Of a stretch of DNA of 64,000 bases, positions 26,632 to 37,444 are shown piece after piece. The position numbers and the translations under genes were made by a program. Under the pieces are notes generated by a model. It was not told the DNA's origin. It saw only the letters and a program-made list of their open reading frames with translations, and made no database searches. The stretch spans positions 23,808,001 to 23,872,000 of the forward strand of contig JAQFVV010000002.1 in the NCBI GenBank assembly GCA_028023455.1. Reading direction: 5' to 3'. Numbering within the stretch: the first letter of the stretch is position 1; every line of letters starts with the position of its first letter. The stretch is from Epiperipatus broadwayi. Taxonomy: Eukaryota; Animalia; Onychophora.

Positions 26632-26671
26632 CCCCAGACTAGTTTCTGGCTTGTGTCCTTCGTCAGTGAGG
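26632..26671 (-). ncRNA. Type-I hammerhead ribozyme (family B)
   Basis: CCUCA CUGACGA AGGA CACAA GCCA GAAAC UA GUC UGGGG. One stem II mismatch. Confidence 0.75.
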
Positions 26672-26695
26672 AGCTTTGGATCTGAGAGCACTGCA

Positions 26696-26735
26696 CCTCA
26701 CTGACGAAGGCCATAAGCCAGAAACTAGTCTGGGG
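26696..26735 (+). ncRNA. Type-I hammerhead ribozyme (family B), variant with A.A at base of stem II
   Basis: CCUCA CUGACGA A GGC CAUAA GCC A GAAAC UA GUC UGGGG. Stem I CCUCA/UGGGG; palindromic ACUAGU stem III; predicted cut after 26730. Confidence 0.85.
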
Positions 26736-27299
26736 ATATTGGATCAGTAGGCACTAGATAGGGATTTTATGCACAAGCCTTCTGGAATCCATTGATTATT
26801 CTGTTTGGCACAGGGTGGCACTACTATATGGAGAGTTTTGCCTGTTTAAAGTTAATATAATCTTGAATTTTTCTCCTGTCATCTAGAAGTTAAATACATT
26901 TTAAATTGACCAATAAAATGAAACCGCCATAAAAACTAACAATTTAAAATAATCACAGAAGTAAAGCAAAATAAGTTATTCCATTGATTAGTCTATACAA
27001 GTTTCATTTTTAACTATGATAACCACAGATTGTGCTATTAACATTGAGCATTCCATGACTAACATATATAATGATACAATTATAATTAGAAATATATTAA
27101 TGTCTCATGCACCATTAGCATTTTATCAACATAAATAGAAACAAGCCACAAAAGCAAAGGACTTTAAAATAAAAATTTCAACCAAGAATGGTTGGGGCGG
27201 AACCTGTAATTTGTATATCATTCTAATACTTGAATGTCATTTAATTTACCTAGCAAGTAAATTTACAACAAATAATTAAATGTCATATTTATTTTGAAA

Positions 27300-28100
27300 G
27301 ATTCAAAAATCTTTTACTTCAGCAAATTTTGTATCCAAAGTTTTATAATAGAAAGAACAAAAAAACCATTCAAAAATTTTAATTTTAAGTGTATTGATAT
27401 GCTGCTCAAACATCCATCCCTTCTCTCCATGGGGAAAAAACCATGGAAGAAACAATACGAAAATATTGATGTGATAACTCATAAGCTAGATTCCCAAAAA
27501 ATCATTTAAATAAAGTAGCAAATAACATTCCTTCCTTATATCAATGCCAATATATTCATCAGGTCATTCTTTATTGTACAAACAGTTTGACATTGATAAA
27601 GAAAGACTTTATTTGCAAGTACACCTAAATGATTCTTAGAGAATATGATTTATCATAGTAATATTTTTAGACTTGGTTGTTCTGTGAATAGGTTTATATT
27701 ATTACCATTACATATATGATAAGCCACCAATAGGTTTTCTAAAACTATCAGAATTCTTATAAATAAATAATAGTTTGAAGTGTTATATATTTATATGTAC
27801 TGTTTTGAGATTATCATCTGCAACTGATTTTTTAAATACAATTGAACTGACCTGTAATCAGTACCTAAATTATTACTTATTACATAATATTATAATTTAA
27901 AATCATCACTTATAAGATTTAAAATGAAAGAAATTTCATACTTGCCAGATATATACTATGTTTTCCTGAAAACAAAATTGGGTCTTATATTAATTTTTCC
28001 TCCAAAAGATAGCTTAGGACTTATTTTCAGGGGATGTCTTATTTTTTCATGTACAAAAATCTATATTTATTCAAATATAAAAATACACATTTATTCAATA
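27300..28100 (-). mobile_element. Highly decayed non-LTR RT remnant
   Basis: SVADDNL (YADD-like) near 27810-27830 and HLGV (YLG-like) near 27620-27635. Weak. Confidence 0.3.
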
Positions 28101-28804
28101 TTAGTAATTTCAACAGCATGTAAATAACTTTTACTACTGCTTGAATATGCAATAGTTAGGATTATAGTCTTGTCATAGAACATTCTTGTTTGATATGTGA
28201 ATATTAAAAAGTTATTTACAGTTAAATTAGAAATACTTTATTTAAAATAATACATGATACTTTAAAGTTGGCTTAATTTGTGAACTAAGATCATTGTTAA
28301 TGATAAGTTTCAGCCTTTTCAGAAATCAATGTTGATTTATTTACAATATGTACCGGTTCTTAGACTGAATAAATGGGCATTAATAAATGAAAAATAAAAT
28401 TATATTCGCAAGTTTATTAAAATGATTAGTTATGAATCTGCCTGCAAAATAATTCTGAGTAATATTCATTCAAGTACAAAAATCTATATTTATATCTATT
28501 TACTACTTTATAATTCAATATGCCCACCATGTGTTTCAAGGAGCTGACAATTTCAACTAGGTATTTTATTTGGAGTAGGACTTATATTATCAGCATCCTG
28601 AAAAATCATGCTATAGCTTAGTTTCTGATCAGGTCTTTATTTTTGGGGAAACATGGTATGTCAGTCTGGTTTAAAAATATTTAGCAATAAATTTCTGATT
28701 GATTAAAAAAAAACGTTCCTTCTAGCAAAAGCATTATACATGGTTCCTCCTGATATACGAAGAAAGAGAAACTTAAAGAGATATCATTAGCTGAAACTGG
28801 AGAG

Positions 28805-28870
28805 TCATCCATTGATTGCTCTTGTTAACACAAGATGGCACTACTATATGGAGAGTTTTGCTTTGTTTTG
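28805..28870 (+). mobile_element. Family B 3' fragment
   Basis: CATCCATTGATTGCTC...TGGCACTACTATATGGAGAGTTTTGC matches 26788-26841. Confidence 0.8.
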
Positions 28871-28919
28871 AATTGTTTAAAAAACAGTTGCAATTGAGTT
28901 AACCTCAAATTCTTATATA

Positions 28920-29031
28920 GTCTTGCGTTGTTAGCCGAGAGGTATCGCAGCCGCCATGCAAGCAAGTAGTTGGTTGCAGACGGTTGTGGGTTCGCGTCCC
29001 GGCCGATGCTATGACATATGGAAAAAAAAAA
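28920..29031 (+). mobile_element. tRNA-derived SINE or retrocopy with about 19-nt insertion in the anticodon loop
   Basis: A box TAGCCGAGAGG, B box GGTTCGCGTCC, A tail. 13-bp TSD AAATTCTTATATA at 28907 and 29032. Confidence 0.9.
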
Positions 29032-30086
29032 AAATTCTTATATATATATATTTGATATTTAGCAACAGCAACAACAACAAAAATAGAATTATTTAGAACG
29101 CATCAAAATTAGATTTATAACAATTCTATGAATGTAAATAAGCACACTAACAATATATAAAAATAATCACCAAAGAAATAGTAAAACAAAAGCAGAGAGT
29201 GCAAAGTTGAAAAGAAAAAAAAACAATATAAAATTCAACAAAAGAAATAATTATGAATACTAAAAGACTAGAAAAAGATTATAAAAGCTTAGACAGGACG
29301 GGTTAAACTTTAAAGCGACATTTGAGATATGATTAAAAAATTTATAGATTACAGGGATAAATATCCACTTATACTGTATATAATAATAATTAAAAATATT
29401 TTAAATTCCTCAGGCATCGCTTTCTTGACTCAGGGTTTCAACATTGTAAGTTAATTCAATTTTTATCAATTTTTTTTTTTTTTTTAAAAAAAAAAAGCAA
29501 TTCGTTTAAAGCAAGAATAATTAAGCAAACAAAGTTCTGAAAATTAACAAGCAGAGAATGAGACTCCCCAATCAATCATATCCTTTGAGATCCAAATTTA
29601 ATTTAATTTCTGAGCAATTTATAAAAAAAATACGTATTCAGTGTTTATATTAGCAGAACAAATGACCTGTTTTAAAAACTGTAATTAGCTCTAATGTTGG
29701 TATTTCTAAATTAATTTACTAAAAATCAATTTAACTTTTTTTAAACAATTACTCCACAAACAATGCGTGGCTGACAGGGCCTATCTTACAGGTAAATTAG
29801 TTTGTAAATAAAATAAGAAAGGGCACTTTCTTTTAATTATTAAATTTGATTTGAAATTAACACAAAAAATAAAATATAATAAAACAATACCAGCATATTA
29901 TCTACTTTATTCTCTAATTAATTAATTATTTATTTTTAAATTAAGTTTTATAGTTTTCAGTACGAAATAAACAGAGATGGAATCAAGAATTCTCAGTGAA
30001 AATTATTAAAATAGTTTAACAATTAATATATAGGGGGTGAACACAGACTTTCATACGACCCACACATGTCGAAAAGATAAATAATC

Positions 30087-30129
30087 ACCAATAGAGGTAT
30101 TTCGTGCTAAACCAGCACTCGTCAGTTGT
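30087..30129 (-). ncRNA. Type-I hammerhead (family C), degenerate stem III
   Basis: ACAA CUGACGA GUGC UGGUUUA GCAC GAAA UACCUCUA UUGGU. Confidence 0.7.
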
Positions 30130-30501
30130 CCAGATTATCATCACCACACACATATACACAATCAATGCTCAGCTTATATTAAGATAGCCAAGCTTCATAT
30201 TTTAATAGACAGGCTTCAATCCACTCCACCAATAATTCTTCAGTCATCCAGTTCATTGAAAATCTGATGATGAAACACTCAAAGCCCACATTGGTACCGA
30301 CTTATTGTCTACATGGATAGGATGGAAAGGTTGGCACCAATGTGGGCTTTGAGTGTTTTATCATCAGATTTTCAATGAAAATGGATTGTTGAAGAATTGT
30401 GGGGTGGAGTGGATTGAAGCCTGTCCATTACAGTATGGAGATTGGCTATCTTAATATAAGCTGAGTATTGATTGTATATATGTGCGGAGATGATAATCTG
30501 G

Positions 30502-30549
30502 ACCAACTGACGAGTGAGTGCTGGTTTAGCACGAAATACGAATATTGGT
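30502..30549 (+). ncRNA. Type-I hammerhead (family C) with 4-nt duplication before stem II
   Basis: ACCAA CUGACGA [GUGA] GUGC UGGUUUA GCAC GAAA U ACGA AUA UUGGU. Perfect 5-bp stem I. Confidence 0.75.
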
Positions 30550-31597
30550 GATTATTTATCTTTTTAACAAGTGTGTATGATCAAGTGTGTCGGCAGTATG
30601 AGATAGTATGGATAGTTGAGGGTCATGTGAATGTATGCATTCAAACCCTCTATATATTACATATTGGAGTGCAGGTATGAAAAAGCCTGTACTGTAGAAA
30701 AAACTTCATATATTTAACAATTAATATTTGTTCGAAAATTTATAATGATGGTATTTTAGTTGTAATTATGTTGGAAAATTTCCGCCATCTAATATTTTAA
30801 AGGTCTTTAGAAAAATTCAAGCGTATCTTTTAATATGTTTAACTTTTAGTAACAGCACACATTTTAGTATATAACACAACGTCTCCAGTGATTTATTTTC
30901 TTTTCTTTTTCAGTTTTTCTGGCTTGATCAACATTCTTAGCATGAGAATTGAATCAGGAAACTTTAGATTCAGGAATAACGAATTCAAATTAATGCTCCA
31001 ATCAATTAAGACTATTTTTCCAAAAGCAACAGTCAGAAAAATTTCATATAAAAACCCTCCCGATTACGTCACCTTTTTCTTAAGAAAAAGGTTAATAAGT
31101 GTTTTCCAAACTTTATACATTATCATATCAGATTTACTTATAGAGGTTTTTGCCATTGACATAAGCAAGGAGAATAATACCACTTGAAACACTGTTCTAT
31201 ATACTAAACTGTATGCTATTACTAACCATTGGATATACTTGAAAAGTTTAAATAAACTTGAATTTTTCTAAATACATTTAACAAATTAATATTATATGAT
31301 GGAAATAGTTCAACATACAATTGCAAGTGTAATAATTAAGTATTAAAAACATTCACCCAATCTCCTTTGGGCATTTAAAACTTAGGAGAAAAATTGTTTT
31401 CGTTGTGATATCTTATGAGTAAATTATAACTTTATGTATTATAAGTTTAAAAACAGAGATTTAGATAATAAAGAAAATAGTAATAGTCAAAAGCATTTAT
31501 TTATTTTTGATGCTGATGCTGAAATGATTGACACTGCATTTCAATAACATTTTAATACTGCCCCCCTCCCTATTGTGGATGCAACATTGCTTCGGAG

Positions 31598-32040
31598 CAG
31601 AGGTTCTTAAGCTTCATTGTTCCACAGATACCAATCAGGTGATAAATACCGACACTTCTTAGAATGTAGTGGTTGGCATTCATCATCATCATGTTTTTAC
31701 AATTTTTCCCAGAATTTCAATATGTAATAACCTAATACATTTCAATATCTGTTCAAACAGTCATTTTCGGCAAACATTTCAAAATTTGAATCTTTCTATG
31801 GCATCATAAACAATTTCCACTATCCTTACTAACCCCATCACACTCAGAACATGCTAAATCAAAACAAAAAATAGTGATATAAAAAATAATAAATATATCA
31901 TATAGGACACCATAAGAATAATGTTTTTAAATGCATAATATTACAAAAAAAAAAAATCAATTACATAATGTAGTTACTAAGTTTATTTTTTTCAATGCAA
32001 GTTCACAGAAAAACTTTGGATCCCAAATTAAAAACCCCTG
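31598..32040. mobile_element. Old hAT (Charlie-type) MITE
   Basis: Ends CAGAGGTTCTTAAGCTT / AAATTAAAAACCCCTG. Flanks CTTCGGAG / TTTCAAAG differ by three transitions. Confidence 0.65.
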
Positions 32041-32737
32041 TTTCAAAGAATCTTTTAACTCAATTATGGTGTTCCAAGGTATTTATACTTTTAAGTTTCA
32101 CTTTTTAGGCATTACAATGGGACTACAATCACTACTATTCTACATTGTTTTAAAGCATATGTATAACTTATATTATGGGGTGTGATGGTTTGTAGTGGTT
32201 CGTGTCTATGATATTATGATTTTTTATTATTAATTTAAAAAAACTAGAAATGTCAGCATTATACAAACATTACAGATCTTTGTATGTGATTGACAATTTC
32301 TGTTGTTATGAAAAAGCTACGAAGGAGGGGGCTTAGAAATGATACTTGTGATTGGTTGATGCTTTAGATTGTTTTAATCTGGAACTCAACAAGAGGAAAA
32401 ATGTGATTTTAGATAATTGTTAATGATTATGATGTAATATTTTTGTAAAAGACTTATGAATAAACCAAAAACTATGTCACTAGTAGAGGATTCTTTGAAA
32501 ACATTTTATTTTTAAAAAGACCGCTCTTAGAAAGTACATTACTAGAACCAAAAACAACCTCTACAAACTTAAAAGAAAATCACTTTTATGAAAACTGTAA
32601 CTAAAATATTTTAATAACAATAAATAATTTATTAAGTTTTAGATATATTTTTTTGGTTCTTTGATAACTAATTGTAAATATATCATTTTTTTAATGATAT
32701 AAATGCTAATATTTCATTCTCCTAACTTTTTGAATAG

Positions 32738-32775
32738 ATAATTATGTCAAATGATGGCATCGTTCACTGTTTCAG
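32738..32775 (+). CDS. Candidate host micro-exon (IIMSNDGIVHCF)
   Basis: CTAAC branch point, ...TTTTTGAATAG acceptor, CAG|GTAAGA donor. One open frame. Unverified. Confidence 0.3.
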
Positions 32776-34004
32776 GTAAGAACTTCATTTGGATATTTAT
32801 TTTCATATGTTTTAAATATTAAGTACTATTATTTTTTACATATAATCATTTGAAGATTTAAAAGTATTAATATAATATATAGAAAAAAGTTTTAATTATA
32901 AAATAAGTCGATGAACGTATTAAGTGTGGAAATAATAGATTACGCACAATTGAAAGTCAATTAAAAAATATTAAAGAAATAACAGAAAATGACATCAAGA
33001 CAGTTGAAAAAAATATTTAAAAGATAAAAAAAAGCATTTAAATTAAAATATTAAATAATCTAAAGAGCAAAAATTATACAGTTCTATAAGAAAACTAAGA
33101 ATTAAAAGTCAAATTATATGTAGAAATATTATATTGTTAAATATATATTAGTACTTGACAGAGATTAAAAAGTCCAAAATATATATATAGGCATGATATT
33201 CACTGTTCATATTCAAATAATTGTAGAGTAGTATAGAAATTTAATGAACTAGAAATTAAAAAAATACAGCATTTTTTACAGGCTCAAGCTCACAAGCACA
33301 CACACACGCACAATGTTGAATAATTTAAAAATATAATGGCCATTATTATAAGTTTATGGGAAAGTATTATACTGCATTTCATATAAGTATAGTACATCAT
33401 CAATGCTTATTAATCTATAATATATATTTATAGGTTAAATATGAATTTAGAATTAATCATTATTGTATTTATCTGAGGTGGATGGTGTCAAAGGTGTGAG
33501 TTTGACAATGGCAAATAAAAATGTAACAAATTGCCAAATGTAAACAAAATGTCCATATCATCTACCAATTAAAAATATAATACAGTGTCACTTGACACAA
33601 CAACAATTAACATAAGCAATAGTTAGTAATCAATGCATAGGCTATGCTGAAAAATGTAAAGATTAAAAAAAGAAGCATAGATCAGTCAACAATTAAAAAA
33701 AAAAAAATTCAATAAAAATAAACTTCTGATTTCAGAGTGAGATTATATACTAAAACAAATTTTATTTTTTTAAAAATGAAAAATGATATTCTATTAAATT
33801 TATCAAAAGAGAAAAAAAAAATATAAGAAAGTAATATAATTTTGCTTGGCTGTGCAAACAGCTATATAAAAAAAGGAAAAATTCTTAGTTTGCAAAAATC
33901 CTTCTTTAACAGTTATTAAGAAATGTAATATATTTATCATTACAACATTAAAGAAAATGATCTACTTTCTAAATTTAATTCAAACTTAAAATAAGGTTCT
34001 AGAT

Positions 34005-34849
34005 CAGGGGTGGGAAACCTCTAGCCCATAATCCAAGTCTGGCCCTCAAGAATTCTCTCCCATACAGTTCCCAGATATTTTCATAAACATATATAAAATG
34101 GACCAGTATAGAATTTCTATTTAAACACGCAAGTAGTGTAGTGCAAATATTGAATTAAGTAAAATAAAATATTCCAGCAAATTATTTATATTGTGTAGAT
34201 TATCTGACTATGGATTTAATCTAAATGCTAAGAGCATTTTGTTTGTTTTGAAAGTGATGTTCATAGATAAACGTATAATAGAAAATATAAAACTAAAATT
34301 TTACTTCATTTTGTTATTATTTTGCATTTTTTTTTAATAAGATGACTGCACAGAGTAAGAATGACATAGAAAATCGTGCATTTGAAAAGTAATGGAACGA
34401 AAGCATACAGGGAGAGCAAGTTATTAAAAAAAAGAAGCAGAAAATTCAAAATCATTTTCTTAAGGGAAGTTTATAAATTATAAGCTTGCATCCTATATGG
34501 TATAAAATTAACCTGCCCAGAACATAAAAAGAAATTTGAGAAAATATATCAACATGATGAGTTCAAGGTGGAATCAGACAAATTGTCATTTAATATGAAA
34601 GTCATTAATAAAAATGAAGTGATTTTATTTTTAATTCACAAAAGAATTATGGCCCTCTTTTAAAAGAGAAAAACTGAAACTGGCCTGCTATTTAAAAAGG
34701 TTGATCACCTTTAATGATTAAAGGTAAATTAATTAAATATTTGATCAAATATAGTAGACGAATTTTAAAATCGATAGTTTTGCATGGCCCACGAATGAGA
34801 TTATAAATATCCAAATGGCCCTTGGAAGAAAAGAGATTTCCCACTTCTA
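34005..34849 (+). mobile_element. Internally deleted or composite hAT (Charlie/SPIN-type) element
   Basis: Left TIR CAGGGGTGGGAAACC. TSD TTCTAGAT / TTCTAGAC. N-terminal transposase trace ENRAFEK*W at about 34370. A second end-like motif lies at about 34650-34712. Confidence 0.8.
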
Positions 34850-35462
34850 TTCTAGACAATTATAGGCAAAAAAAGAGAAAGAATGGCATTTAACTGGTTA
34901 CATTTGTGAGAGATTTTTTAAAAAAAATTGTAACTTGTTTTTATTACTCGTATAAAATTTAAAATTTTGTTTAACCCATATCTGTATTTATATTTTAAAA
35001 TAAATATATTAATACTCATAAACTGATTAAGTATATATGTCACTATATAAATATCACAAATTTATTGTGCTATTATTCTAATTTCATGTTACTAACATTG
35101 TGTGTGTATATATATTCAAATGGCTTTATGGGTCAAAAGTTTTAGAAGTTTGAGTGCCAGAGCTATCAGTACTGGAATTATACCACATTCCTGAGTCTGA
35201 TATCTTACTACTGTGCCAAACCATACTATGTTCATCATGATTTTTTTTTCAAACCAATTACTCATAGCAAGTGAAAACTTTTTAATAAAAAACAAAACAA
35301 AACATACATCTTAGTCAAAATAAGAGTCATAGATCACATGACCCTATTCACTTAAGCTTGTAAGTTATAAACAATGAGGATTGCCAATTTCTCAACAAGC
35401 TTTGTGATAAATGCTTAGCTAGAGAAAGCATTTCAAATATCTCTGTCAGGATCCCCCCCAAC

Positions 35463-35500
35463 CTCTGACCATGGTTTCGTGCTTTGGCATTCCTCAGAGA
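35463..35500 (-). ncRNA. Type-I hammerhead (family A)
   Basis: UCU CUGAGGA AUGC CAAA GCAC GAAAC CAUG GUC AGAG. A.C mismatch at base of stem II. Confidence 0.85.
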
Positions 35501-35531
35501 TGTGTCAGGGTAGCCAAACCTACCCTGACAG

Positions 35532-35571
35532 CTCTCTGAAGAGTGCCAAAGCACGAAACCATGGTCAGGAG
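35532..35571 (+). ncRNA. Type-I hammerhead (family A), intact core
   Basis: CUCU CUGAAGA GUGC CAAA GCAC GAAAC CAUG GUC AGGAG. Palindromic ACCAUGGU stem III; predicted cut after 35566. Confidence 0.92.
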
Positions 35572-36660
35572 TTTGGGGAGGGGTTCTTGACAGAGATATT
35601 TTAAATGCTTTCTCTGGCTAAGCATTTATCACAAAACTTGTTGAGGAATTGGCAATCCTCATTGTTTAAAAGATACATCTTGATGGTTTTTTTATAATTT
35701 TAATCATTACATAAACTAATGTTAAAATATATATATATGCAAATATTATAATTATAGCATTATATGAGTTAGAAGAAATGTAAAACAGTAAAGTTATACA
35801 ACAGAGCTAAGAGAGAAAAGGCATGGAAATTCAAGTAATAAAAATCATACCTCAAGTAAATAAAATATAAAATTAAGCATATATGCTCACTAAAAAATTA
35901 TTAACTTGATGCAATAATCCAAGTTATAAAATGTGCTAAAGTAAAATTAAAACTGCAACATTAACAACTATATAGGATTTAAAAATGTATGTATAAGTAT
36001 GAAGAGCTGTATTATATATAAATCAAATAAATTATCCATTACGAATGAATTAATTATTGTAATAAATAAAACACAGAAATATTTTCAGTTATTTGCATAA
36101 TCATTTTTAATTGGAAAACTTAAATTTGGTGGAAAAGAAAGTTCCAACAATTTCACTGGCATAATATTAAAGATTTATTATTTCTATTTACTGAAACTGC
36201 CTTTCAGATTTGTCCTTTATTATGGTCTCTTTCCTCATGAAGAATTCTAATGTTTTCTAAATCAAAATCGAAAATAAAATTACATATTTTTTCATAATCA
36301 AAAAAAGGAAAAAAAAAACACAAACAAAACAAAACGGCTGTTAGTACATCATATTAGTCTTATTTATATATATTTGTAAATCCTTTATGCTCTTTTAATC
36401 ATTTTTCATTCACCTATGCATGAAAACGGTATATTTACATGAAATTTGATACACAATACTATTTTTTTTTAATTTCAAAAATTTCACATTTTCTGAATTC
36501 TTAATGAATCTATTAATATCACGTGAAATATAAAACGAAGCTGTATAGTTAGTTCTCTACATATTTTTAAAATTAATTTCTCATTTGTTTAAATTGTTAT
36601 ATTTTTAAAATTGAGATAAAGTTTAGTAAATTTGTTTATTATTATATCCAATTACATACT

Positions 36661-36869
36661 AGCTCTTTAATAATTTTTTTAGTATTTTGTGATTTATCAC
36701 TTTCATAATCACACAATTTGTCATTAAAAAATCTCAAAACAAATTAACATTAACTATTTTATGCACAATTGGTACTTTTAGCCTTGGATTTTTTAAATTT
36801 TGTAATGACAAATTGTATCATTATGAAAACACATAATTCACAAAATATTGAAAAATTTATAAAAGAGCT
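36661..36869. repeat. Degenerate inverted-repeat (MITE-like) element, about 70-bp arms
   Basis: AGCTCTTT...ACAATTTGTCATTA mirrored by TAATGACAAATTGT...AAAAGAGCT. Confidence 0.7.
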
Positions 36870-37042
36870 GACATGAGATTAGGAATGGTAATAAACGAAT
36901 TTGCTATACTTTATGTCAATTTAAAAAATGGATATCTAATCACTGTTTGAAATACTCAAGCTAAAATTAAAAATAAAATAAAGAATTATAATAAAGATCA
37001 TATGCAATAGTCATATAAATATATATTATTAATAATAATTAA

Positions 37043-37444
37043 TCATTAAAATCACTTAACACTTAGACAATCCCAATATCAACAACAATCTCAACATAAT
37101 AATAATTATACATGAAAAGCCTTTTTTGGTTCCTGGTTTTGTGCTTTTTTCAAGTGTTAAGCATTTACTTTAACATTAATCATTTATTGCAGATAAAACA
37201 CCATCTAGTGTTCTATAATGGAAGTAAAATAACAATAATAAAATAAAATATCAATAAACCAGAATAAAATTATCATATAGAGATACTATGTAAATTTAAA
37301 GAATTGATTATATAACATAACAATGCACAGAATAAATAATGCATATAATATACAACTTTATTGTTAAAAGGAGGTTGTCTTGACAATAGTTTGAAATTGT
37401 TGATTGTTATTAATATTGTCTAAATGTTGACTGGGTTTTAATGA
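37043..37444. mobile_element. Family D inverted-repeat element, long copy
   Basis: Ends CATTAAAA..CACTTAGACAATCCC / ATTGTCTAAATGTTGACTGGGTTTTAATG are shared with the 38.46 kb copy. Confidence 0.75.

Larger units (their letters stand above)
26493..26848. mobile_element. Family B palindromic double-hammerhead retroelement
   Basis: Perfect 14-bp TSD AAGTTAATATAATC at 26479 and 26849. Inverted arms with divergent hammerheads 24 bp apart. Confidence 0.93.
30030..30712. mobile_element. Family C palindromic double-hammerhead retroelement
   Basis: Perfect 15-bp TSD TTTAACAATTAATAT at 30015 and 30713. About 240-bp inverted arms (about 30061-30301 / 30330-30576) with a 28-nt loop. GGTCATGTGA at 30621. 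Confidence 0.93.
35313..35667. mobile_element. Family A palindromic double-hammerhead retroelement
   Basis: 14-bp TSD AAAACATACATCTT / AAAAGATACATCTT at 35299 and 35668. About 147-bp inverted arms around a 6-nt loop (35514-35519). Confidence 0.93.

Noticed and set aside
30264-30276. CTGATGA-T-GAAAC, an apparent stem-II-less hammerhead
   Set aside because: No pairable stem III or stem I, and the mirror arm reads CTGATGATAAAAC, so the G is not conserved.
30680-30703. TA-CAGTACAGGC as a Tc1/mariner TIR at the family C end
   Set aside because: No matching TIR at the other end; the flanking A-run is shared by two copies, and the element has a 15-bp TSD.
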